Below are positions 1-8,178 of a stretch of 31,645 bases of DNA, one piece after another. The notes beneath the pieces were generated by a model that ran no database searches, was not told where the DNA came from, and was given only the letters and a program-made list of their open reading frames with translations. This DNA comes from Promethearchaeota archaeon. GTDB lineage: Archaea; Asgardarchaeota; Lokiarchaeia; Sigyniarchaeales; SOKP01. A program made the translations under genes and the position numbers. The number at the start of each line of letters is the position of its first letter. Position 1 is the stretch's first letter. Where the stretch lies: contig JAHPZE010000039.1 of assembly GCA_019058365.1 (NCBI GenBank), positions 1-31,645 of the forward strand, read 5' to 3'.

Positions 1-190
1 ATAAAAAGTCAATGTTCAATAGGATTTAGAGATCTACTTCCTTTGGTACTGTTATCAAAGTTTTTTTAACTTAAATTTTATTTTGACTAATTAACATTAT
101 TATATATAAATAGATTCAAAACAAGCTTCAAAATTAGAATTATCTTAAAAAATATTTTTTTTTCTTAAATCGTAAAATTGTGCTTCATAC

Positions 191-538
191 ATGATTGAAG
201 AATTAATAAGGGTCCGTGGCATTGGTCCAACTGCGGCTGAGAGACTAATGAATGCGGGAGTTAAAAGCATTGAGGAAATTGCCCAATCTAAGGCTGAGGA
301 ATTAGCTTGGATTAAAGGCATTGGTATGATCTCTGCAAAGAATATAATTCAAAATGCTAAAGAATTACTTAATTTAGAAAAGGGAATACAAAAAGTATTA
401 AATTCAATTAAGGAAAATTTTTCGAAAACTTGTCCTAAATGCGGAGGGGAGATGAATGAAAGATTAATAATTCTTGGACCTGAGAGGAGATTAAGAGCAA
501 ATCAATGTGTATTATGTAAATTTTATTTACCAAAATAA
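191..538 (+). CDS. Tandem helix-hairpin-helix protein with C-terminal C4 zinc ribbon (putative nucleic-acid-binding protein)
   Basis: Two HhH motifs (LIRVRGIGPTAAERL, LAWIKGIGMISAKNI), as in RadA/Rad51 N-terminal-type domains; CPKC-x21-CVLC zinc ribbon at the C-terminus. Confidence 0.75.
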   Translation: MIEELIRVRGIGPTAAERLMNAGVKSIEEIAQSKAEELAWIKGIGMISAKNIIQNAKELLNLEKGIQKVLNSIKENFSKTCPKCGGEMNERLIILGPERRLRANQCVLCKFYLPK

Positions 539-635
539 TTATTATTATTTATTAAACCACAAAAATTATTAGTATAGAAAAAATAGAAAATTTTGAAAAT
601 GATTTACCTTAATGAATAAATAAAATCGATGTATT

Positions 636-1616
636 TTGTTAAAAAAAGACGAGATTTATAAAGAGGATATAAAAGGAATAGAATTAATTTGTCCTGTATG
701 TCATAAGAAAAAATTAGTGAATGTACCTAAAAAAGTGGTGGAAAATTCTAAAACTCTTTTAACTATTTCGGTCCCTTCAAATTATATATGCCAACATGGC
801 TTTCAAGCGTATGTAGATAGATCGTTCAGTGTCAGAGGTTATCAAAATGCTGACCTTGAAGTAGAAAATCTAGAAATTTATGAAACAGGTAGTAAAATTA
901 TTGAGGAAATTGTCACTTATGCTGTTTCTTTAGTCATTAAAAAAATTATTAATAATTTAAAGAAACATGAGGAAGATGGAGTAATTCTGGGAGGTACATT
1001 ATTTAATCAAAAAGGAAACGTCTTATATTTTTCTTTGCCTGATGAGATCTTTCTTAATATGATAGAACAGTTTGAACTTCAAAAAGTAAATCGTGAATTC
1101 AAACTAAAGAAAATGATTATTGAATTGGAAAATAATCAGAAAATAATATCCGAATTTCTAAAAGTGGAAAATTCCACACTAACTCTTGTTATTCTTTTTC
1201 CCTCTGTTGTTAGTATCGCTGATGCAGAATCCTATCTGAATGTTTTTAAAAAATTTGTTATGGAGTATGAGGATCCTATAGAAGTAAAAAAGAAAGAACA
1301 ATTAAGAATGAAACAAATAGAGGACGCCCAAAAACGAAAGGCTAAAGGGAAAGCACTATCAAAATTTTGGGTTTATTCAAAAATAACCAGTGAAGTGCCT
1401 TTGGAAGAATTAACGAGTATTTATATTGATACATTAGGGATCGAAATTGATAAAAAGAATATCTTAAATATAGAAGAAATTATAGAGATTAGTAAAAGTA
1501 AAATATTTGAAGGAAAAATTTATTTGTCTTACAAATTTGTAAATTTAATGGAGGGTTTAGCATTAACCATGAAAGATGCATCAATATTATTAAGTAAATT
1601 AAATAAAAAATCATGA
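636..1616 (+). CDS. Hypothetical protein with an N-terminal CxxC...CxH zinc module and a central roadblock/longin-like domain
   Basis: CPVC...ICQHGF...VD...VRGY module shared with the ORF at 18190-19050; central helix-VILGGTLFNQKGNVLY-helix-three strands pattern resembles roadblock/longin folds; TTG start. Confidence 0.55.
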   Translation: MLKKDEIYKEDIKGIELICPVCHKKKLVNVPKKVVENSKTLLTISVPSNYICQHGFQAYVDRSFSVRGYQNADLEVENLEIYETGSKIIEEIVTYAVSLVIKKIINNLKKHEEDGVILGGTLFNQKGNVLYFSLPDEIFLNMIEQFELQKVNREFKLKKMIIELENNQKIISEFLKVENSTLTLVILFPSVVSIADAESYLNVFKKFVMEYEDPIEVKKKEQLRMKQIEDAQKRKAKGKALSKFWVYSKITSEVPLEELTSIYIDTLGIEIDKKNILNIEEIIEISKSKIFEGKIYLSYKFVNLMEGLALTMKDASILLSKLNKKS

Positions 1617-1647
1617 GAAATATTATTTCTTTATATCTAATTTAAAT

Positions 1648-2616
1648 TCATATCCAAAATGTAAACAGAAATATATAAGATGTAAAATAAAGCGATATAA
1701 ATAGAATTCCTGCTTTTTTATCTATTTTCCTTCTTATAGCAATTGTTATAAAAACGATGAAACTTGCCATTAAAGTATACAAGACTGTAGGAACAGCAAA
1801 TGCAGCTGTTATATAATTAGGATTTTGATTAAATACAACATGTCCTATACCAATAGAAAGCGTAGAATCTACTATGCAAGAGCCTACTATATCACCTATA
1901 GCGATTTGATGATGCCCCAATCTTAAAGCATTGATATCAACTGCCAGCTCTGGAAGCGAGGTGCCTAGAGCAACTACAAAGAAACTCACGATGTATTCAT
2001 GGATGTTTATGTAATTTGAAATAAATATAACTGATTCTACAATCATAAATGACGCTAAAGTTACACCAACAAAACCCATTGCTGCTATTAATAGGTGAAA
2101 CTTTTTACTTTTAGGGGTTTCAATTTTTTCAATCATTTCTACTCTATGTAAAATACTCTCCTTATTAGCGTTATAAATTAACCAGATATAAATTCCTAAA
2201 CATCCGACCATTAAAATGGCATCTAATCTAGTAATATAACCTTTCTCAACGATAGTAAAGATTAATACTAATGATAAAACTTCACATGCTCCTAAAACAA
2301 TTATATCCTTTCTATGAATATAGAACATTCCAGAAACTAATGGTAAAATTCCAAAAATTAAAGTAAGTTGCGTCAAATCTGAACCTACAGAATCACCAAC
2401 ATCAATATCACCATGCCCTAATGCAACAGATATAAGTGAATTAAAAATTTCTGAAATATCCGTTCCTATAGAAACTAGAGATACTCCAATTATTAAAGGT
2501 GAAACTCCTAAGGCAGCAGCAAGAATAGCAGAATGTTTAACAGCTTTAATACTAGAGTAAATAATAAGAGCTATTCCACCAATAAGAACCAAAAAGGCTA
2601 AAATGATTTGAAACAT
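1648..2616 (-). CDS. Sodium:calcium antiporter, CaCA/YrbG family
   Basis: About 10 hydrophobic segments in two repeats; alpha-repeat motifs GTDISE...GDSVGSD and GTSLPE...GDIVGSC. Confidence 0.9.
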   Translation of the reverse strand: MFQIILAFLVLIGGIALIIYSSIKAVKHSAILAAALGVSPLIIGVSLVSIGTDISEIFNSLISVALGHGDIDVGDSVGSDLTQLTLIFGILPLVSGMFYIHRKDIIVLGACEVLSLVLIFTIVEKGYITRLDAILMVGCLGIYIWLIYNANKESILHRVEMIEKIETPKSKKFHLLIAAMGFVGVTLASFMIVESVIFISNYINIHEYIVSFFVVALGTSLPELAVDINALRLGHHQIAIGDIVGSCIVDSTLSIGIGHVVFNQNPNYITAAFAVPTVLYTLMASFIVFITIAIRRKIDKKAGILFISLYFTSYIFLFTFWI

Positions 2617-2659
2617 AATCCACTTTTTTAATCTTTTGAAGTTTTTTTTAATCCCTATA

Positions 2660-2733
2660 AATGAGAGATTATGTAAATGATGGAAGTCCTCAGTGTTTCA
2701 ATTGTATAAAATTATGAATGAGAGATTTTGTAA
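2660..2733. repeat. 17-bp imperfect direct repeat AATGAGAGATT(A/T)TGTAA at 2660-2676 and 2717-2733
   Basis: 16/17 identity read directly from the sequence; each copy is close to a TATAAA (2656-2661, 2705-2710), which reads TTTATA on the antiporter strand. Confidence 0.7.
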
Positions 2734-2794
2734 TCAAAGAACTTCTATGCTATAATCGTCCAGATTTAATAATGTTAAATTAGTATATATAATT

Positions 2795-2831
2795 ATCCAT
2801 TTTTCATCCAAAAGAATCCATAGAGAATCCA
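2795..2831 (+). promoter_or_regulatory. Four ATCCA pentamers phased at 10-11 bp, a candidate operator
   Basis: ATCCA at 2795, 2806, 2816 and 2827 (spacing 11/10/11), just upstream of a TATA-like TTATTATA (2845-2852) that precedes the RHH gene. Confidence 0.5.
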
Positions 2832-2875
2832 AAAAAGAGTAAACTTATTATATCAAACTGTTCATGAAATGACTA

Positions 2876-3031
2876 ATGGAAAACGAAAAACATGAATTTC
2901 ATATTGCTCTTGAAAAAGATGTATTTGATAAATTAGAAACAATCAAAGAATATCATGGAATTAAAAATATAACTGAAATTATTAGATTTCTAATTACTAA
3001 AGAACATAGAGAAATAAAAAAGTCTGAATGA
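2876..3031 (+). CDS. Small ribbon-helix-helix (CopG/Arc/MetJ-like) DNA-binding protein, 51 aa; absent from the ORF track
   Basis: Manual translation MENEKHEFHIALEKDVFDKLETIKEYHGIKNITEIIRFLITKEHREIKKSE*: alternating strand (EFHIAL), helix A, G-x-x-N/S-x-x-E-I-I-R turn and helix B; TATA-like box about 24 nt upstream suggests a leaderless transcript. Confidence 0.8.
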   Translation: MENEKHEFHIALEKDVFDKLETIKEYHGIKNITEIIRFLITKEHREIKKSE

Positions 3032-3065
3032 ATTTAGAAATTTCTTTTAAATCCTAAATTTTATT

Positions 3066-3821
3066 TCAAGAATTTATTATTTTAAATAATTCAGTAAATA
3101 TTTCACCAGCACTACCTTTTAAAAATACATCCGCTAGATTATCCATAATTGTATTTTCTCGATTTATGAAAATAAGCTGAGCACCATATTGCTTGGCTAT
3201 TGATGGCATAAAATTAGCCGGTGACACTAAAAGAGAACTTCCTACAACGATTAGACAGTCTGCATTGGTACATTCATTCATTGCACCTTCTAAAACACCA
3301 TGAGGGAGGGATTCACCAAATAACACAACTTTCGGTTTAATATACCCAGAACACTCACATACAGGATAATCCACGTCTTTAGTATTGATTTCATCAAAGT
3401 TAAATTCTTTATTACATTTTACACAATGAAGTTTTCCGTATTCTCCATGTAATTGATAAATATTTGCTCCATATTTTCCACTTCCTGCTTTTTGATGCAA
3501 CATATCGATATTTTGAGTAATAACTGCTTTTACTTTTCCCATTTTTTCTAATTCAGCAATAGCTATATGTGCTTGATTAGGATCTGCTGTACCAACTAAA
3601 TCTTCAACTTCCTTATGCATTTTCCAAAATAAAGAAGGATCTTCTAAAAAGTATTGATAACTTGCATATATATTAGGATTATATCTTTCCCATAAGCCTC
3701 CTGGGCTTCGAAAGTCATCAATTCCAGATTCTGTAGAAATACCTGCTCCAGAAAATACAACAATATAACTAGAATTTTTGATTATGAGAGCTGCATCGAA
3801 TAATTTTTCTTGATCAATCAT
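3066..3821 (-). CDS. cobB: NAD-dependent protein deacylase, sirtuin (Sir2/CobB) family
   Basis: GAGISTESGIDDFRSPGGLW, ITQNIDMLHQKAGS, catalytic LHG, Zn ligands CVKC/CEC, KPKVVLFGE, VGSSLLVSPA. Confidence 0.95.
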   Translation of the reverse strand: MIDQEKLFDAALIIKNSSYIVVFSGAGISTESGIDDFRSPGGLWERYNPNIYASYQYFLEDPSLFWKMHKEVEDLVGTADPNQAHIAIAELEKMGKVKAVITQNIDMLHQKAGSGKYGANIYQLHGEYGKLHCVKCNKEFNFDEINTKDVDYPVCECSGYIKPKVVLFGESLPHGVLEGAMNECTNADCLIVVGSSLLVSPANFMPSIAKQYGAQLIFINRENTIMDNLADVFLKGSAGEIFTELFKIINS

Positions 3822-3857
3822 AGTAATAAAACAAAATCATCAAAGAAATTATTTAGA

Positions 3858-4532
3858 TTAAAAATTATAAAATTTTCCTTTATCTTTCAAATGGAAAACT
3901 CCAAATCTTTGCCTTCGTACTTCTCTCATAGCTTCAGTTTGCCATCCCATATCCTTAGAATAAAATTGGGATTTATGTATTTTTAATGCCTCATACACTT
4001 TAAATCTTAAATCTCCTAATTTGATCTTAATTAAGTGATCTCCTTGAGCTTTTAATGGATTATAGAGTGTATAAACGTAGAATTCAAGATCTTTTAAATT
4101 GAGCTCTTCAGCAATTCTAACTGCAATATCATGAGTAGCTTGATGATCATGGTGTTTATTGTTATTACTTGGAATTACAAATCTATCAGCACCCCTCACA
4201 ATATCTCTAATCTGCTCGACAGCTTTACCAATATTTTTATTTAATTCAGAATCATAAAATTTCAGAAAATATCTATTTTCCTTTTTTACCCCTAAGAACT
4301 CACCCGCAGCATTTGCTTCAGCTAATCTAATTTTCGCAAGTTCCTCCTCTGTTATTCTTGTTTCTTCACAATCCTCAAGTTTATTCTCTTTTCTTGCTTT
4401 TCGATATCCCGCTCTACCATCAGTAAACCAAATAATGTGAAGATCGTGACCTTCTTCGATCCACTTCATAATTGAACCCCCAGCGCCATAACTTTCATCA
4501 TCAGGATGTGGAGCAAAAACAATTATTTTAAA
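3858..4532 (-). CDS. PIG-L/LmbE family metal-dependent deacetylase; true start lies upstream of the ORF-track ATG and is uncertain (4526-4532)
   Basis: The frame extends upstream of 4469 as KIIVFAPHPDDESYGAGGSIMKW (HPDDE motif); also TDG and HHDH motifs; AGGTGA RBS at 4544-4539. Confidence 0.9.
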   Translation of the reverse strand, partial: FKIIVFAPHPDDESYGAGGSIMKWIEEGHDLHIIWFTDGRAGYRKARKENKLEDCEETRITEEELAKIRLAEANAAGEFLGVKKENRYFLKFYDSELNKNIGKAVEQIRDIVRGADRFVIPSNNNKHHDHQATHDIAVRIAEELNLKDLEFYVYTLYNPLKAQGDHLIKIKLGDLRFKVYEALKIHKSQFYSKDMGWQTEAMREVRRQRFGVFHLKDKGKFYNF

Positions 4533-4713
4533 AAAATTTCACCTGTTAAATCAAATTTGATACAAGAATTATACTAAAACTATCTGGCAATAATATTAAG
4601 AAGTAAAATAATTTTTGTATTTGAAATCATTAATTTAAAATATCTCTTCATAAACAGTAGATTATATTGTTGAGAATTAAAAAATTAAAATATATTGATG
4701 AGAAGAAAAAAAT

Positions 4714-6114
4714 ATGGTTGAAAAATGTGATATTCTTATTGTGGGTGCTGGAACTGCTGGTACCTATTTAGGATGGCTCCTTGCGAAAAAGGGATTTTCA
4801 GTGGTTATTATCGAAAAGGATAAGAGAGAAGATGTAGGAAAAAGATTAGATGTGATTCATTTTGAATCAGATAGAATTGAAAAAGCAGGAATTCCACCGT
4901 TTCAAGTAGGAGCTTCAGATTGTATTGAAATTAGGGACGTTTCGACAGTGGTTACTCCAGATTTCAAAAAAGAATTAAAAATCAGAGCTTTACAAACTAT
5001 TGTACGTTTAACACTATTTTTAAACAAGATGTATAAAGTATTAGAATCTGATGGTGTTAATTTGGAATTTAATTGTAAATTTAAAAATCTGATCTTTGAA
5101 AAAAGTAGAATTATTGGCTTAGAAGCTGAAAAAGCTGGAGAGAATATAGAATATCGAGCACAACTAGTCGTAGATGCTTCAGGTAAAGCTGCTGTTATTA
5201 GAACATCCTTGCCTGAAGATTATGGTGTAGAGAATTTCAAATTAGGTCCTGATGACGTTATGTACGTCCTCTTACAATATATCAAATGGAAAAACCCAGA
5301 AGAACCTCACCCAGCTATAGACACGGGTTATAATTGGTGGTTATTATGGTTTGGCCCCTCTTATGAGCCAGAAGGAGCAATATTAGGGGTTGGTCAACCA
5401 GGATCTTTTGAAAATGCCCGTTTAGCTCGTGAAGATTTTCTTAATAGAGCAAATCTACCTCCTTATGAAATAATCAAAAAAGAACAAGGAAGTACTCCAT
5501 ATAGAAGACCACCATATTCTTTAGTTGCAGATAGATTTTTATGTATTGGAGACGCTGCTGCAATTACCTACCCTTTTTCTGGCCATGGTGTAACTGCAAC
5601 TTGGGTATTATGCATGATTGCTTCAGATGTTATAGAAAAAGCTTTGAAGAATGGAGAGGAATTAACTAGGGATGTACTCTGGGACATCAATGTGAAGTAC
5701 TTTAGAGATCAAGGCGCTAAATTTGCAGGTCTTTTTACACAATTGTCTGGAGTTTTAAATTTTAATGAAAAGGAATGGAATTATTTTCTAAAGAAAGGTT
5801 TGATTTACCAAACTGGTGAGGGAGATGATATTCCCGAACCAAACAAAGAATATGAAGAAGAGATGAGTGTAGTTGAAATGTTAAAATTTATTTTTAAAAT
5901 CTTAGGAGGATTAATCAGAAGAAAATTATCCTTCAAACATATGAAAAGACTACTACAAGCTAATGGACTTGCTGGAAAGATCAAAAAACATTATGAAAAT
6001 TATCCAGATAATATAAGTCAGTTTGATAATTGGGTTAAAATAGCACAGGAGTTATGGGATCAGAAAAGATTAGCAATTAAGAGACTCTCCACAGTTCAAA
6101 TTGAATATCATTAA
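4714..6114 (+). CDS. FAD-dependent oxidoreductase, geranylgeranyl-reductase-like family
   Basis: DILIVGAGTAG Rossmann motif, VVDASG, IGDAA...PFSGHGV; substrate not assignable. Confidence 0.85.
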   Translation: MVEKCDILIVGAGTAGTYLGWLLAKKGFSVVIIEKDKREDVGKRLDVIHFESDRIEKAGIPPFQVGASDCIEIRDVSTVVTPDFKKELKIRALQTIVRLTLFLNKMYKVLESDGVNLEFNCKFKNLIFEKSRIIGLEAEKAGENIEYRAQLVVDASGKAAVIRTSLPEDYGVENFKLGPDDVMYVLLQYIKWKNPEEPHPAIDTGYNWWLLWFGPSYEPEGAILGVGQPGSFENARLAREDFLNRANLPPYEIIKKEQGSTPYRRPPYSLVADRFLCIGDAAAITYPFSGHGVTATWVLCMIASDVIEKALKNGEELTRDVLWDINVKYFRDQGAKFAGLFTQLSGVLNFNEKEWNYFLKKGLIYQTGEGDDIPEPNKEYEEEMSVVEMLKFIFKILGGLIRRKLSFKHMKRLLQANGLAGKIKKHYENYPDNISQFDNWVKIAQELWDQKRLAIKRLSTVQIEYH

Positions 6115-6260
6115 TTTGACTTAACTGATCAATTCTATATATTACTTCATCCAAAACTATACTCTTATAAATATTCAAGTTTAAATCAAATACAATATTA
6201 AATTTTAAAAAAATATACATCTTAAGATTTTTGAGTGTATTTAAAAAAGGAGATTTAAAA

Positions 6261-7697
6261 TTGACAGAAACACAAAAAGAAAAATATACTTATAAAAAAC
6301 GAATAATGGCTTCATATGGGGCGCGTGAACTTGCGAATCAATGGATATATGCTGCTTTCGGTTTTTCTGTGTTCTTTTTCTATGAAAGCGTCATCCAGTT
6401 GCCTACATTATTAGCAGCATTAGCTTTTGTAATCTACTCTATTTGGAATGCCGTAAATGACCCTTTAGTTGGATGGTTACTTGAGAAAATCCATATGCCA
6501 TGGGAAAAAAAAGGCTATAAGCGATTTCCTTGGATTGTAATCACTGTAATTCCATGGTTAATATCATATTTATTAATTTATTTAGTACCAGCTCAATGGT
6601 ATGGAACACCAACAATAGTTCAGCAAAATCAGTGGTCAATTTTTGGCTGGTATGTAGGTACATTATGTTTTTATGATACGCTGGTTACACTTTATGATAC
6701 AAATATCGTTTCTATATACCCAGATAAGTTTAGGACATTAGGTGAAAGACGCACAACTCAGGGTTTCGGAACTATCCTTGGTATATTAGGTTTAGTATTG
6801 GCTGCAGTACCACCAATGTTCTTCGTAGGTGAAGAAACTCTTGTTGCTTCTGGTTATATAGCTAATGCGTGGTTTAGTGTAGGATTTGGAGTAATTTTAT
6901 TTTTGTTTACTTTACCAGGGATATTCGAAGATAAGCATGTGAGAGCTTTACGGCTTCAACGTAAAGAGTCAGGTCAAATACAAGAATTAGAACCATTTCT
7001 TAAATCCACGTTAACTGTTGTAAAAGATAAAAATTTTATGTTAAAAATGACTCACTTCTTTGGTTATCAAGTTGGTGCTGTAATGACTCAAACTTCTGCG
7101 TACTATGTTGTTACTTATGTTTTATTAAATCAAACGAGTATTACCGTTTTATTACTTTCTATGTTAGTTGGATCTTTAGTCTCAGTGCCCCTATGGACAT
7201 TCGTAGCTCATAAAGTAAATGATAATAGAAAAGTAGGTATAATCGCCTGTGCTGTATTATTTATAACCTTTATACCATTAATCTTTGTTACTGATTTAAT
7301 AGGTTGGGTCATTGGTTTGATCCTATTTGGAGTAGGAATTGGAGCAAATTGGTATATTGATCCACCTATGATGGGGGATGTGTTAGATGATGTATCAGTT
7401 CGTACGGGAAAGACTCAATACACAATCTATTATGGATTCCAAGCATTTTTCATTAAGTTTGGTCAGACTTTCATAGCGATTACAATAGCATTAAGCCATG
7501 TGTTAACAGGTTTTGATCCCGCTAAGCCTATACAAACTGGTTACGCATTATTTGGTATTCGGGTTCACACTGCAATAGTTCCAGCTATTTTAATGCTCAT
7601 AACACTGCTCATCTTTTGGAAATGGTATGATATTACACCTAAGAAAGTTGCAGAGAATAAACGAAAGTTAATAGAGATTGGCTTAGAAAGACAATAA
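6261..7697 (+). CDS. MFS transporter, GPH/MelB-like (MFS_2) sugar or glycoside:cation symporter
   Basis: About 12 TM segments; WNAVNDPLVG, R.PWI and GDVLD motifs; start placed at TTG 6261 after an AAGGAG RBS. Confidence 0.9.
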   Translation: MTETQKEKYTYKKRIMASYGARELANQWIYAAFGFSVFFFYESVIQLPTLLAALAFVIYSIWNAVNDPLVGWLLEKIHMPWEKKGYKRFPWIVITVIPWLISYLLIYLVPAQWYGTPTIVQQNQWSIFGWYVGTLCFYDTLVTLYDTNIVSIYPDKFRTLGERRTTQGFGTILGILGLVLAAVPPMFFVGEETLVASGYIANAWFSVGFGVILFLFTLPGIFEDKHVRALRLQRKESGQIQELEPFLKSTLTVVKDKNFMLKMTHFFGYQVGAVMTQTSAYYVVTYVLLNQTSITVLLLSMLVGSLVSVPLWTFVAHKVNDNRKVGIIACAVLFITFIPLIFVTDLIGWVIGLILFGVGIGANWYIDPPMMGDVLDDVSVRTGKTQYTIYYGFQAFFIKFGQTFIAITIALSHVLTGFDPAKPIQTGYALFGIRVHTAIVPAILMLITLLIFWKWYDITPKKVAENKRKLIEIGLERQ

Positions 7698-7723
7698 CTT
7701 TTTCTTTTTTTTTCCTTTTTTTT
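7698..7723 (+). terminator. Archaeal T-rich intrinsic terminator
   Basis: CTTTTTCTTTTTTTTTCCTTTTTTTT immediately after the transporter stop codon. Confidence 0.65.
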
Positions 7724-7759
7724 AATTAATATTTACTAATTTATATCTTAATCTCAACA

Positions 7760-7918
7760 ATGAGATGTATAATTATTGGTTCTGGTCTATCAGGGTTAGC
7801 CGCAGCAGCTTTATTAGCTAAAGAAGGTTTTGATGTTATCGTTTATGAACAACATGAAAAAATAGGCGGTGTTACAGCAACATTAGAAAGAGAGGGATAT
7901 CGATGGGATCGCTGGTAA
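7760..7918 (+). pseudogene. 5' fragment (52 aa) of a phytoene-desaturase-like FAD-dependent oxidoreductase
   Basis: MRCIIIGSGLSGLAAAALLAKEGFDVIVYEQHEKIGGVTATLEREGYRWDRW*: GxGxxG plus E...GG...GYRWD signature, truncated directly after it. Confidence 0.85.
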
Positions 7919-8108
7919 TTTTAAAATTTCTGAAGTGCAAGATCTTTGTTAAGAAGTGGGTATAATCAATCTTATAGTACATCATTTTGGTATGTTTGCT
8001 TATAATACGGTTAGTTACGATGATTTAGATCAACTTAAGAAAAAAAGTTCTAAAGCACTTCAAATTATTGTATCAGAGGTCGATTTTGTATATAAAATTA
8101 ACAGGTGA
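7905..8108 (+). pseudogene. 3' fragment of an MBL-fold metallo-hydrolase (UlaG-like lactonase) with an internal stop
   Basis: The frame from 7905 reads GIAGNFKISEVQDLC*EVGIINLIVHHFGMFAYNTVSYDDL...YKINR*; GN...HHFGMFAYNT resembles the UlaG-type C-terminal motif; TAA at 7950-7952. Confidence 0.6.
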
Positions 8109-8178
8109 TAATTTAAAAAACGAAAATTAATTTCTATATTCAATTTAATCTTGAAAATTTGTATGTTTGTGTTTAAAA

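Noticed and set aside
1-190. Possible gene end or start at the window edge
   Set aside because: Only short frames with no recognisable motif; cannot be supported without flanking sequence
3066-3821. Sir2 as an antiphage NADase (Thoeris/DSR-type)
   Set aside because: It is a compact canonical Zn-binding sirtuin with no fused or adjacent defence genes
4539-4541. In-frame TGA upstream of PIG-L as a selenocysteine codon
   Set aside because: It lies within the RBS upstream of the family's normal N-terminus, is not at a Cys-equivalent position, and no SECIS was recognised
7907-7910. GATC at the fusion point as a restriction-ligation library chimera
   Set aside because: Not excluded, but the independent internal stop in the 3' remnant favours genuine decay after deletion
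4539-8108. Identical 11-mer TTAACAGGTGA at 4549-4539 (minus) and 8098-8108 (plus) as terminal inverted repeats
   Set aside because: The core is the archaeal RBS motif AGGTGA; no transposase or target-site duplication seen
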